Numbered from the stretch's first letter, positions 1 through 9,113 are shown. The stretch is 36,504 nucleotides of DNA from Minisyncoccota bacterium (GCA_028714275.1 JAQTMP010000002.1:1-36504), one strand, 5' to 3'. Made by a program: numbers and translations. The notes: generated by a model from the sequence alone, not told the origin.

Positions 1-71
1 TGAACCCACGAGAGGCTTTCACCCCTACAGATGTTCGAGATCTGCGCATTCAACCACTCTGCCATTCCCCC
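1..71 (-). tRNA. tRNA-Ser (anticodon CGA), 3' part cut off by the window start
   Basis: The reverse complement of 1-71 reads GGGGGAA-TG-GCA-GAGTGGTTGAA-TGC-G-CAGAT-CTCGAAC-ATCTG-TAGGGGTGAAAGCCTCT-CGTGG-GTTCA. This is a type II cloverleaf with a long variable arm and anticodon loop CU-CGA-AC. The T arm and 3' acceptor strand run off the window. Confidence 0.8.
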
Positions 72-142
72 AAAAGTCCCATGACTATAACAGTTTTTTG
101 CCTTTTTTACAAAAAATGTTATAGTTGTGGAGCTATTTCGAC

Positions 143-217
143 GGCCCTATCGTCTATCGGTTAGGACATCGCCTTTTCAAGGCGAGAAGCGCGGTTCGAC
201 TCCGCGTAGGGTCACCA
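143..217 (+). tRNA. tRNA-Glu (anticodon TTC) with encoded CCA
   Basis: Acceptor GGCCCTA pairs with TAGGGTC and is followed by A-CCA. Anticodon stem-loop is TCGCC-TTTTCAA-GGCGA (anticodon TTC). T arm is GCGGTTCGACTCCGC. Confidence 0.9.
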
Positions 218-263
218 GTGAACGTTGTGAATGTCGTGAACTTCTTGGTATACTCAAATCTAT

Positions 264-785
264 ATGCCAGAGCTTAATAGCATCCTTGTTCCGTATTCCG
301 AAAAATGGATATTAGACTATCAGGAGGAAGCTGAAAAAATCAAGAACGTATTCGGAAATAATTACATTGATATTCAACATATCGGCAGTACATCAATTCC
401 TAATATGTTATCTAAGCCAATAATAGATGTAGCAGTACTCATAGCTTCATCTGAGAATGCAAATGATTTTATTGCTCCATTAGAAAAATTAGGTTACGTT
501 TATAAACCCGAGATATCTTCTCCCGAAAGACACTTTTTTAAGAAAGGTAGTCCTACGAAATATCATTTGTCTATCGCTTATACAGACAAAGGATCGTATT
601 GGAAAAGACAGATTTTATTTCGAGACTATCTCATTCAACACGATGAAGCCAGAAAAGAATATGAACAATACAAGCTTAATCTCTTAAGAGAAGATGCAAC
701 GATAGACCGTTCGTATAAAGGTAATAAGGAGGAGTTCGTTCAAAAAATACTTTCTTTAGCTGAAAAGAGTGAGAATACTAAATAA
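264..785 (+). CDS. GrpB-family protein (nucleotidyltransferase-like, UPF0157)
   Basis: 173-aa ORF. The block ILVPYSEKW...IQHIGSTSIPNMLSKPIIDVAVLI and the C-terminal RDYLIQHDEARKEYEQYK pattern are typical of GrpB proteins. Confidence 0.75.
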   Translation: MPELNSILVPYSEKWILDYQEEAEKIKNVFGNNYIDIQHIGSTSIPNMLSKPIIDVAVLIASSENANDFIAPLEKLGYVYKPEISSPERHFFKKGSPTKYHLSIAYTDKGSYWKRQILFRDYLIQHDEARKEYEQYKLNLLREDATIDRSYKGNKEEFVQKILSLAEKSENTK

Positions 786-977
786 ATCATACAAAAGCAG
801 CTAATTGTTCAATACCGACTTTTATAGTATCTCTTTGTTCTACAAGTTCTGAAAGCCACCCTATCGGGTCACAGCTTTTAAACCCATATCTATCAACACA
901 TCCTCAGGCCCTGTGAGAAGGGTTCAAAACTGGTATAATGAGGTGGACTTTTTATTCACTAAATTATTTATAAAAAT

Positions 978-1136
978 ATGATAAGAGGAAATTTTATTGG
1001 TGCGGGGATTGTTGCAATAATCTATACGGTTTATATTATGAATAACCCCCTTGCAACAAAATTGCAAACAGCCTTAGTCTTGGTGATTCTCAATGCCTTA
1101 ACTATCGTGCTTTTGTCTTTTGCATTTACAAAATAA
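978..1136 (+). CDS. possible 52-aa two-TM mini-protein (below the ORF-track cutoff)
   Basis: ATG at 978 to TAA at 1134-1136 translates to MIRGNFIGAGIVAIIYTVYIMNNPLATKLQTALVLVILNALTIVLLSFAFTK, giving two hydrophobic helices. An extended -10 (TGgTATAAT, 931-939) lies upstream. Confidence 0.3.
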   Translation: MIRGNFIGAGIVAIIYTVYIMNNPLATKLQTALVLVILNALTIVLLSFAFTK

Positions 1137-1155
1137 AATCAGGTCATCAAGACAA

Positions 1156-1186
1156 AACGCCGCGCCATATTCCATGGCACGGCGTT
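1156..1186. terminator. GC-rich hairpin between convergent small genes
   Basis: AACGCCG (1156-1162) pairs with CGGCGTT (1180-1186), and inner GCCAT pairs with ATGGC. The flanking T-runs are weak, so terminator function is uncertain. Confidence 0.35.
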
Positions 1187-1301
1187 GAAACTAGAAGAAA
1201 AGTTCTTGTTCTGCCCTTGTCGCATGTGCGAGAGGTGCAATTACCTTTTTATGGGAAGTTGATGTCCTTCCAACCCCTGTTCTTGATTACAGAGAAATGT
1301 C

Positions 1302-1679
1302 TCAACGATAATCCTTTCTCAATCGCTCGATGAGGATTTCGAGGTACATTTCTTTTAGCTCTGCTGTCTCGATACCAATCGCCTTGGCATGATTGCCTAC
1401 GATTCTGCCACAGCCACTTCCGAACCCGAGCTTCGAGTCCCTGATGAACATGTGCGCAAGCCAGATCATGGCGATCTGCTTGAGGACTAGGTCATCTTTT
1501 TCTCCCTCCTTGATTCTCCTGACGTAGGCCCTCAGCTCTTCCAGAGGCGTATGCTCATCTGTCCGCACCTCGCCATCATTCACGAAACTATGCAGAATGT
1601 GAACATAACCCTCTCGCCAGAACTTAACCATCAGCATCAAGGCTATTTCATATTTTCTCTCCGATTTCACTTCCATCAC
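1302..1679 (-). CDS. hypothetical protein (125 aa) in a GC-richer patch
   Basis: Clean ORF with AAAGGAGG directly upstream. The exact start is ambiguous among GTG, ATG and a downstream GTG. I recognise no family motif. Confidence 0.5.
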   Translation of the reverse strand: MMEVKSERKYEIALMLMVKFWREGYVHILHSFVNDGEVRTDEHTPLEELRAYVRRIKEGEKDDLVLKQIAMIWLAHMFIRDSKLGFGSGCGRIVGNHAKAIGIETAELKEMYLEILIERLRKDYR

Positions 1680-1749
1680 CTCCTTTCAGGGATAGTTTCC
1701 TCTTATGTAGTATCATCTATCGCAGATGTTGTAAAGGTATAAAAATCTT

Positions 1750-2703
1750 TTATTTAGCCCTCAAATAAACATAAATATCTTCTAAAGCTTTGACAGCGTC
1801 GCCAGCAGCGATATTGTTTTGATGATAGAGGCCATCGGTGCAATCACCGGCAGCCCAGATGCCGTCTGTGGTGGTACGTTGGTTGCGTGGATCGACGACG
1901 ACAAAGCCTCCTGGAGCCAAAGCAACTACATCGGCCACAAAAGAAGTGGCTGGTACAGCTCCAATCTCGACAAAAATACCGGTGACGGGAATCTCGGTCG
2001 ATTCGCCAGTTTTATTATTTTTATAGACTAAACCCGTCACAAATTTATCCCCTTTGACTTCAAGGATAGAGACATCCATGACGGCTTTCATATGAGGATT
2101 GGCGAGGACTGCCGAGACGGTGACAGGGTCTGCTTTGAAATCCGCGTTCTTGTGCAAAAGAGTGACAGATCGGCAATAGGCAAGCAGCTGGGCTGCACTC
2201 TCGAAGCCTGCATTGCCCCCACCGATCACGGCTACATCTTGACCAGTAAAAAGAGGTCCATCACAACTGGCACAGTAGGTGAGTCCTTTATGCTCAAATT
2301 GGTCTGCTCCAACAGCTTGGAGTCGGCGGCGTGAGCTGCCTGTTGTGATGAGGACAGTTTTGGTTTTAAAAATTTCAGGTGATCCGTCGGCATTTTTACC
2401 TGAAGTAATGACAGCAAATTTGGCTTCGATGTCGTCAATTTTTTCAATTTTTTGCACCCTTACCCCTTCCTTTATAAAAACTTCATTGCTGGCGTAAGCT
2501 TTGAGATGTTGTTCGAGATTTTTGGCCAGCTCAGTGCCGCTGATTTTGATTGAGCCAATCCAATTTTCCACACCTTCAGATACAATACTCTGTCCACCAA
2601 AGCTTTCGGTAATAAAAACAGTCTTGAGTTTTTTGCGCGCTGCATACACACCAGCGGCTACACCTGCAGGTCCTCCTCCAATGATAGCTAAATCGTAAAT
2701 CAT
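1750..2703 (-). CDS. trxB: thioredoxin-disulfide reductase
   Basis: FAD Rossmann motif IIGGGPAG, NAD(P)H motif VIGGGNAGFESA, redox-active CASCDG, and C-terminal GIWAAGDC. Confidence 0.9.
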   Translation of the reverse strand: MIYDLAIIGGGPAGVAAGVYAARKKLKTVFITESFGGQSIVSEGVENWIGSIKISGTELAKNLEQHLKAYASNEVFIKEGVRVQKIEKIDDIEAKFAVITSGKNADGSPEIFKTKTVLITTGSSRRRLQAVGADQFEHKGLTYCASCDGPLFTGQDVAVIGGGNAGFESAAQLLAYCRSVTLLHKNADFKADPVTVSAVLANPHMKAVMDVSILEVKGDKFVTGLVYKNNKTGESTEIPVTGIFVEIGAVPATSFVADVVALAPGGFVVVDPRNQRTTTDGIWAAGDCTDGLYHQNNIAAGDAVKALEDIYVYLRAK

Positions 2704-2709
2704 AACTAA

Positions 2710-3882
2710 TTACTTTAGTTTTGACCTCCGAAGAAACGCGGGCACGGCTGCCCAATCATCCTCATCTCCGACGACTTCAATTTTCTTTTCTTCGGCAGTG
2801 GATTCTGAAGGGGTGACGGAATTGAAAATCTTACCTTTCTCACCGTTTGCGTTTGAATCCTGTTTTGTGACCGCTCCGATGCCGAAAGTACTGTCAAAAA
2901 GAGATTTTTTGCCAGGGACATTTCCGCTGTCAGGAAAGCTTGAAGCAATGACAGTGATCTTGATTTCGCTTTTCTTGAGCTTTTCATCTTTGACGGTACC
3001 GAAAATAATTTTGGCGTTGACATCCACTGACTCAGTGATGATCTTGGCAGCATCCTGGATTTCAAACATAGTCAAGTCATCCCCACCTGCAATGGAGAAG
3101 AGGACGCCTTTTGAGCCGGCCATGGAAAGCTCAAGGAGAGGGGAGCTAATAGCCGCTTTGGCTGCTTCTTCGGCTCGTTTTTCACCTGAAGCGGTACCGA
3201 TACCCATAAGAGCCGCGCCAGCATTTTGCATGATGGAGCGAATATCTGCGAAGTCGATGTTGATGATACCAGGAGTAGTAATAAGGTCAGAAATACCCTC
3301 TACGGCTTGCTTGAGAATCTCATCACACATGGCGAAAGCACTTTTAGCTGTAGTTTCCTTGGTAATATTGTTTAAGAGACGATCGTTGGGAACAATAATG
3401 ATGGCATCCACTTCTTTGCGAAGCTCTTCTAAAGCAATATCAGCTACTTTCATGCGCTGCTGACCCTCAAAAAAGAAAGGCTTGGTGACTACGGCCACAG
3501 TGAGAGCGCCAAGCTCTTTAGCTGTACGAGCGACAATAGGACTGGCACCAGATCCGGTACCGCCTCCGAGTCCGCAAGCTACAAATACCATGTCGGCACC
3601 TTTGATAGCTTCCTGGACTTCTTCTTTTGTTTCTTCGACGGCTCGTTTGCCAAGATCAGGATTCATGCCAGTACCCAAACCCTTGGTAAGATTTTTTCCG
3701 ATATGAATTTTTTGTTTAGCGAGAGAATGATGTAAATCCTGAGCGTCAGTGTTGACGGCAATAAAATCAACGCCGCGAACCTTGCTGTTGATCATGTGAT
3801 TGATGGCATTTTTACCTGAACCTCCGACTCCGATCACTTTAATGCGGGCAAATGTTTCTACTTCTGGTTTGACTTGTGGCAT
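2710..3882 (-). CDS. ftsZ: cell division GTPase FtsZ
   Basis: GVGGSGKNAINHM N-terminus, tubulin signature GLGGGTGSGASP, and a C-terminal disordered tail ending in the conserved peptide DDWAAVPAFLRR. Confidence 0.95.
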   Translation of the reverse strand: MPQVKPEVETFARIKVIGVGGSGKNAINHMINSKVRGVDFIAVNTDAQDLHHSLAKQKIHIGKNLTKGLGTGMNPDLGKRAVEETKEEVQEAIKGADMVFVACGLGGGTGSGASPIVARTAKELGALTVAVVTKPFFFEGQQRMKVADIALEELRKEVDAIIIVPNDRLLNNITKETTAKSAFAMCDEILKQAVEGISDLITTPGIINIDFADIRSIMQNAGAALMGIGTASGEKRAEEAAKAAISSPLLELSMAGSKGVLFSIAGGDDLTMFEIQDAAKIITESVDVNAKIIFGTVKDEKLKKSEIKITVIASSFPDSGNVPGKKSLFDSTFGIGAVTKQDSNANGEKGKIFNSVTPSESTAEEKKIEVVGDEDDWAAVPAFLRRSKLK

Positions 3883-3957
3883 GGGATAAGGTGTTAAAGA
3901 TTATATAAAGACTGCTTAATTTTTTCCTGACTTTTTACGAATGTGCCAATCATATCA

Positions 3958-5160
3958 CTAGGGGAGCAACTGAGCAAACAGACGTTTTAGAGAGGGCCAA
4001 ATTTTCAAACCAACCTTGCTTATAGCGCTAGTTCCAGGTCTGAGGCTGGTGATGTCATTGTCTTCGCTGGTGAGACCCACAAGACAGAGGCCATAAGCGA
4101 CAGCCCACTCGGCTTCACGAAAGGAACCCTTGAGAGGGACCGGGAATTTGAAGCTAGCTTTTTTGGAGGGAAGTTTTAGAGATATGCGCGCAAATTCTTC
4201 GATATTGGTCACACCCGAACCGCCACCAGTGATGATGATGCCAGCAGGCAGGAGACCGCTGCGTTCTATTTTTTTCAAATGACCCTCGATCAGCTCAAAA
4301 ATATCGGAGAGGCGGGCCAAAATAATTTCATCCAGTTTCTTTTTTGGATATTGGACTGATTTTGGCCCGCCAAGCTTGATGAGCTCGGCGTCCTCGATCG
4401 AAATTTTTAGACCAAGCGCGATGTCGTTGGTAATGTCGTTTGATCCGATAGAAAATACCTCGACAGACACGGGAATATTATTTTCAAAAACAATGATAGA
4501 AACTGTTTCGGCGCCAATGTTGGCCAGGACACACCCCGCTATTTTTTGAGTCTTGGTCAGAGTCACAAAGCTAGTGGCCAGAGGGGCAGCTATGACGTCC
4601 TCTATTTCAACGTCCGCTTCTCCTAGGGCCTTGACCAAGTCACTCAAATGGTGGCTCAAACAGGTCACGAAAAGGGTGCGTACTTCGAGCTTTGAACCTT
4701 TCATACCTTGAGGCTTGCCGAGGACGGTACGGCCGTCTACCCGAAACATCAAGGGAATAGTGTGGAGAATTTTGCGGTTGAGAGTGAATGATTCAGGGAG
4801 CTCATTTTCGCTGGACTCGAGGGCCTTTTTAACATCAGCGTCGGTGATCTCGGAATCATTTTTGGTAATTAAAACTGTCCCGATATTGGTCACTCCAGAC
4901 AAGCCAGCTCCTCCGACAGCGAGGTATGCTTTTCGAATACGGATGCCGGCACTTTTTTCGGCTTGAGCGATAGCGGTGCGAATACTTTTGGCTGCTTCGG
5001 CCACATTGGTGATATAGCCATGACGAAGTCCTTTTGACTCGGCGTAGCCGGTGGCAATGATGCGGGGCACTTCTTTGTCTTTTTCAGGCGCGAGCTCAGC
5101 CACTACCACCTTGATCTGGTGGGTACCTATATCAATGCCAACAGCGATAGAGCGTGCCAT
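3958..5160 (-). CDS. ftsA: cell division protein FtsA (actin-like ATPase)
   Basis: VGIDIGTHQIKVVV phosphate-1 motif and IIITGGGSG phosphate-2/adenosine motif. It sits directly upstream of ftsZ in the same orientation. Confidence 0.9.
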   Translation of the reverse strand: MARSIAVGIDIGTHQIKVVVAELAPEKDKEVPRIIATGYAESKGLRHGYITNVAEAAKSIRTAIAQAEKSAGIRIRKAYLAVGGAGLSGVTNIGTVLITKNDSEITDADVKKALESSENELPESFTLNRKILHTIPLMFRVDGRTVLGKPQGMKGSKLEVRTLFVTCLSHHLSDLVKALGEADVEIEDVIAAPLATSFVTLTKTQKIAGCVLANIGAETVSIIVFENNIPVSVEVFSIGSNDITNDIALGLKISIEDAELIKLGGPKSVQYPKKKLDEIILARLSDIFELIEGHLKKIERSGLLPAGIIITGGGSGVTNIEEFARISLKLPSKKASFKFPVPLKGSFREAEWAVAYGLCLVGLTSEDNDITSLRPGTSAISKVGLKIWPSLKRLFAQLLP

Positions 5161-5184
5161 GTAGATTTGGGCCTTTAATTTTAG

Positions 5185-5580
5185 CTAAATTTTAAACTTT
5201 CTTCGGACTTTCTCTTCCTTGCTTTCCATTGTACTACTATGCTCGAATCCTTTCAAATGGAAAAGCCCGTGGATAAATAGGAAAAGTAAAAAATTATCAA
5301 ATGTCCTCTCAAATTTTTTAGCTTTAATCGCTGCGCGATGGGGGTCTATAAAAATCTCACCACATTTTTTGTCCAAAGTGAAGCTAAGAATATCTGTCGG
5401 CTTGTTTATCTTGCGGTAGGTTTTATTTAAGGCACGTGAACGAGTCGAACCGATGATGACCAGGCTAAGCTCGTAGTCAGCTCCCATGATGAAGTCTTTG
5501 ATTTTTTCCATAGTACGAAAAAGCAATCCGTTGATAGGATTGCTTTTTACTTTAACGGTGACTGAAAATTTTTCGCTCAT
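5185..5580 (-). CDS. ybeY: rRNA maturation endoribonuclease YbeY
   Basis: Zinc motif HGLFHLKGFEH (HxxxHxxxxxH) and a typical size of about 130 aa. Confidence 0.85.
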   Translation of the reverse strand: MSEKFSVTVKVKSNPINGLLFRTMEKIKDFIMGADYELSLVIIGSTRSRALNKTYRKINKPTDILSFTLDKKCGEIFIDPHRAAIKAKKFERTFDNFLLFLFIHGLFHLKGFEHSSTMESKEEKVRRKFKI

Positions 5581-5598
5581 ATCTTTGGCGAATTTGAC

Positions 5599-5832
5599 TT
5601 AACGAGTTTTGATTGGCATTTTGCCGAGCTTGATCATTTTTTGGATATCGTCGCGGCGGCGAAGGACTTTGAGAGTTTTCTTTTTACGCACATACGAAGA
5701 CTCGTTGCGAGCGCTATAGCGAAGTGAGCGGACACGGTTGAGCACTCCAGACTCTTGGACACGTTTAGTAAAACGTCGAATGATGGACGTTGTGTGCTCT
5801 GTCGGGTTTTTCTCTACTTGGACATTTATCAT
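5599..5832 (-). CDS. rpsU: 30S ribosomal protein S21
   Basis: 77-aa, very basic ORF. The IRRFTKRVQESGVL...YVRKKK pattern is typical of bS21. Confidence 0.85.
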   Translation of the reverse strand: MINVQVEKNPTEHTTSIIRRFTKRVQESGVLNRVRSLRYSARNESSYVRKKKTLKVLRRRDDIQKMIKLGKMPIKTR

Positions 5833-5897
5833 AATAGTAGGGATAGACTACCATATCCCTTTATTTATGGCAACCTTATCAACTCTTCCAGTTTATT

Positions 5898-7106
5898 TTA
5901 AGCTAGCTTTTTTAAATATTCGACCAGTCTGTCTACTGAAACTGTGTCCTGGGCCCGATTGAGCATATTTCTCACCACTACACTGCCTTCTACCGCTTCC
6001 TTTTGACCCATGATCAAGACATAAGGCACGTTGAGTTTTTCTGCCAATCCCAGCTGGCTCGTGAGTTTATCCCGGGAAAGTGATTGCAGGACGGGGATTT
6101 TGGCCTTGCGGAGCATTTCAATAATACCCAGACTCTTGAGCTTGGCATCAAAACCAAGCTGAATGAAATAGAAACGTGGGGCTTGGACTTTCTTTTTTGC
6201 TAAAGAAGATTTGGATGACCCGCTTGAATCCTGCGGAATGAGTACCGCCGCTCCGACCGCTGGGATTTCTTTTTTACCCCAGACTTTTTTAGCCAAGGAA
6301 TTGTAGCGTTCACCGATGGCCACCACCTCGTAGTCTTCCTTGTCTTTGGGTATCGCTTTGATTTCAAAAATAGTTCCCATGCAATAGCTTCTGTTGCCGA
6401 CCAATAAAGGATTGATAGTGTAGGGAATACTCAAGGATTCCAGATACTCGAGCACTTCTTTGAAATGATTACGGCTGGCTTCTGACAAAAAGTTGATTGA
6501 AGGAGGGGCATTTTCCCGCAAGGCAATGCAGCTTTTGTGGGTAGTTGTCAGTAGGGCAAAGACATCCTTTTTTAAAAGTGAACGACATTCTGTCGATAGA
6601 TCGTTGGAGTGTTTTTTGAAGTAGTTAGTCAATTCGCGGGCAAAGCGTCCAATAGAATCCTTGTCCCCAATACTGTTGAGCTCCACTATTACGTCTTTGT
6701 TGTGACGACATTCTTTAACGATGACATAGCAGGTCTCAATAAGCATGGCGTCAGAAATACTTCTTGAATTGCCGATGATGTCTAGATTGAAAGTTTTTTC
6801 ACTGCCAGTACGCTTGAGGTGGGTGTTGCCCTTCATTGGGCCTTCATAATAAATCATTGGAGGCTGGGGGAGATACACCAGTTTTTTTTCAATACTATTG
6901 CGCACGATGCAGATTTTTTCTTCGACATAACCAGAAAAAGCGCAACTCTCATCCTTGAAAGGGTGCACTTCTCTAGCGATGGCTTCTTTAAAGGTTTTAC
7001 CTTTAGCGATGTCTTGTTTTTCAACTTCGAATTCGGGAGATGGGAGAAAGCCATAGTGTTCGGCGATGGCTGAAGCTTTTTTATAGTGATTGTTTTGTTT
7101 CGGCAT
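5898..7106 (-). CDS. histidyl-tRNA synthetase-like class II aaRS paralog with degenerate motif 2
   Basis: HisRS-type motif 3 (GERYNSLAKKVWGKKEIPAVGAAV, compare GGRYD...PAVGFA) and a C-terminal class II anticodon-binding domain (PYVLIMGQKEAVEGSVVVRNM). The expected GPMFRYERPQ block reads GPMKGNTHLKRTG. Confidence 0.65.
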   Translation of the reverse strand: MPKQNNHYKKASAIAEHYGFLPSPEFEVEKQDIAKGKTFKEAIAREVHPFKDESCAFSGYVEEKICIVRNSIEKKLVYLPQPPMIYYEGPMKGNTHLKRTGSEKTFNLDIIGNSRSISDAMLIETCYVIVKECRHNKDVIVELNSIGDKDSIGRFARELTNYFKKHSNDLSTECRSLLKKDVFALLTTTHKSCIALRENAPPSINFLSEASRNHFKEVLEYLESLSIPYTINPLLVGNRSYCMGTIFEIKAIPKDKEDYEVVAIGERYNSLAKKVWGKKEIPAVGAAVLIPQDSSGSSKSSLAKKKVQAPRFYFIQLGFDAKLKSLGIIEMLRKAKIPVLQSLSRDKLTSQLGLAEKLNVPYVLIMGQKEAVEGSVVVRNMLNRAQDTVSVDRLVEYLKKLA

Positions 7107-7146
7107 TGGATTAAAAGCTTTATTTTATTTTCCTACTTTCCTAAAG

Positions 7147-7755
7147 TTAAGGCTGGTATGTGTAGCCTTGGGCTGGGAGCAACGATATTTTGTTGAAAGG
7201 ATACAGTCTCAAAAAAGCTCGGCCGGCAATTTTATCAGCTTTGAGGGGTCCCCAAGAACGGGAATCCGAGCTGACGTCGCGGTTGTCACCCATGACAAAA
7301 TACTCGTCTGGGCCTAAATGCCAAGTGCCTTGCGGCCCTTTATGAAAAGCTAGATAGGGCTCTTTTAGTTCAAAACCTTTAGGGTGATCTGCGTTGATGA
7401 TGTAGACCTGATCGCCATCTACACTGACAGTTTCGTTTGGCAGGCCGATCACTCGTTTGATAAAGTATTTTTTGTCCGAGACTGGAGGGGTGAGGACTAT
7501 GACATCTCCTCGATTGGGAGTGTGAAAATGGTAAGAGAGCTCATCCACAATCAGGTAGTCGCCGGTATTAAAATTTGGTTCCATTGAGCTGCCGTAAACT
7601 ACAAACGGACTGGCTACAAAAATCCGCAGAGGAATGAAAATGGCGAGCAAGATAATAGCAAAACGGAAAAGCTCCCAACGCGAGGGTTCATCCACGGTCT
7701 TTTTTATAGGTTTTTCAAAGTCTTGGTTTTCTTCCGGCTGGATTTCATTGTTCAT
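7147..7755 (-). CDS. lepB: signal peptidase I
   Basis: Catalytic Ser box YGSSMEPNF, Lys box KRVIGLPNE, and GDNRDVSSDSR. The ORF is open to 7806, but the ATG at 7755 (MNNEIQ...) avoids overlap with the divergent pth region. Confidence 0.85.
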   Translation of the reverse strand: MNNEIQPEENQDFEKPIKKTVDEPSRWELFRFAIILLAIFIPLRIFVASPFVVYGSSMEPNFNTGDYLIVDELSYHFHTPNRGDVIVLTPPVSDKKYFIKRVIGLPNETVSVDGDQVYIINADHPKGFELKEPYLAFHKGPQGTWHLGPDEYFVMGDNRDVSSDSRSWGPLKADKIAGRAFLRLYPFNKISLLPAQGYTYQP

Positions 7756-7836
7756 ATGGCGGAATAATACGACGAAAGTTTGGTTTGACACAAGGGGGAG
7801 AAGCATGTCGTGGCTTTTTATGCTACAATTGGAGCC

Positions 7837-8502
7837 ATGCTAATCATTGCTGGTCTCGGAAATCCAGGAGAAGAATACCTAAATACGCGACACAATGTCG
7901 GCCGGATGGTCGCACAGGCTTTTGCCAAAAGAAATGATTTTCCGGATTTTATTTTTAGTAAAAAATACAATGCCTTGATTTCGGAACGAGTAATGACAGT
8001 CGTGTTTGAAACAAATATGCTCAAAAAAGGCAAACCCACTGGCGCTCATAAACTCTCAAAAAAAACTAAAGAAAAGGTGATGGTAATCCTGCCAGAAACC
8101 TTCATGAATAAAAGCGGCAGCGCCCTCAAGCCTCTAGTGTCAAATGCTAAGAAAGCTGAGCAGCTCATTGTCATCCATGATGATTTAGACTTGGCCTTTG
8201 GATCATCAAAATTGGCTTTCAATCGAGGGTCAGGAGGTCACCGTGGGGTGGAGTCTGTGATCCGCGCCCTCAAGACGGAGGCTTTTACACGTTTAAAGAT
8301 AGGGATTTCTCCCTCGACTCCTAGTGGCAAAATCAAAAAGCCCTCAAATGACAAAATTTTAGATTTTATTATTGGAAAATTTAAACCTGCTGAGCTAGAA
8401 CAGATGAAGAAAATTTCAAAAGAATCTGCGGACTATGTGAAAATAATTCTAGAAGAGGGTAGGTCTCATGCTGCAGGGAGTATAAATAACAAAAAGAAGT
8501 AG
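7837..8502 (+). CDS. pth: peptidyl-tRNA hydrolase
   Basis: MLIIAGLGNPGEEYLNTRHNVG N-terminus, FMNKSG, and HDDLDL. The ATG at 7837 is preceded by TACAAT (7823-7828) and GGAG. The track start at 7810 is a GTG. Confidence 0.9.
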   Translation: MLIIAGLGNPGEEYLNTRHNVGRMVAQAFAKRNDFPDFIFSKKYNALISERVMTVVFETNMLKKGKPTGAHKLSKKTKEKVMVILPETFMNKSGSALKPLVSNAKKAEQLIVIHDDLDLAFGSSKLAFNRGSGGHRGVESVIRALKTEAFTRLKIGISPSTPSGKIKKPSNDKILDFIIGKFKPAELEQMKKISKESADYVKIILEEGRSHAAGSINNKKK

Positions 8503-8563
8503 GACCTTTCTCATTAAAGCGCTCGAAGACTCGCTAACCCGTTCGAAAGGTCCTACTTTTTTT
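8501..8563 (+). terminator. intrinsic terminator after pth
   Basis: AGGACCTTTC (8501-8510) pairs with GAAAGGTCCT (8545-8554) and is followed by ACTTTTTTTAT. Confidence 0.7.
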
Positions 8564-8580
8564 ATAATTGGTGGAAAGGT

Positions 8581-8633
8581 AAAAAAAAGACCGGAGCTCC
8601 CACTGGTGTGTGGGGCTCCGGCTTTGATTTTTT
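8581..8633. terminator. bidirectional intrinsic terminator
   Basis: An A8 run, then the GC-rich hairpin CCGGAGC(UCCCAC)...(GUGGGG)GCTCCGG (8591-8621), then CTTTGATTTTTT. Confidence 0.7.
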
Positions 8634-8680
8634 CCGTCAGCCAGCTTTTTGGCTGGCCAGACCAGAAGAGTACCGTGCTT

Positions 8681-9055
8681 TTAGCAGGCGGCCGCCGCGA
8701 TGGCTGTAGTCAGCCGACCGCGACCGGATTCCCGCGCGGCCACTCTCAACCGCAGAAGGTCCTCAGCCTTTTGGAAAAAGGTATGGACCGCTTCGCCGTT
8801 TGAAGGTTGGTCGAAGTGGAACACTTCGAGCTTTGTCGTCCGAAAGGCCTTGCAGGCATCCGGCGGCACAACCTCTGTATCCAAAACCACCATGTTGGGA
8901 TGGTCGGAGTTGAAGTAGAGGCTGGTCGCACACTGATTCTGGACATCCAGGTCAACGATCAGGCTTTTCAGGCCTTGATGATCGCTGATATGTGCTGTGC
9001 TGAGGACTGCGGCATTGAGGACGATGACGGTGAACAACCGATTATGAATTGTCAT
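8681..9055 (-). CDS. hypothetical small secreted protein (124 aa)
   Basis: The N-terminus MTIHNRLFTVIVLNAAVLSTAHI looks like a signal peptide. It lies in a GC-rich patch where several frames are open, so this frame was chosen only for the signal peptide and the downstream terminator. There is no SD. Confidence 0.4.
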   Translation of the reverse strand: MTIHNRLFTVIVLNAAVLSTAHISDHQGLKSLIVDLDVQNQCATSLYFNSDHPNMVVLDTEVVPPDACKAFRTTKLEVFHFDQPSNGEAVHTFFQKAEDLLRLRVAARESGRGRLTTAIAAAAC

Positions 9056-9113
9056 TTTTCTAAAAAGTCTGTAGCAAATAGTAAGGCATTATTGGCTTTG
9101 TGTCAATGGTAAT

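Noticed and set aside
127-315. 62-aa ORF overlapping tRNA-Glu
   Set aside because: It is fully explained by the tRNA-Glu gene (143-217) and the GrpB-family gene start, with no coding signature.
2798-3706. Plus-strand ORFs (221 aa and 74 aa) opposite ftsZ
   Set aside because: They are antisense shadow ORFs of a canonical ftsZ, with compositionally biased translations.
8606-9112. Three plus-strand ORFs (65, 72 and 101 aa) in the GC-rich mini-island
   Set aside because: They have no SD, signal or motif, and their translations are Arg/Gly/Cys-biased. The minus-strand ORF is only marginally better and is reported with low confidence.
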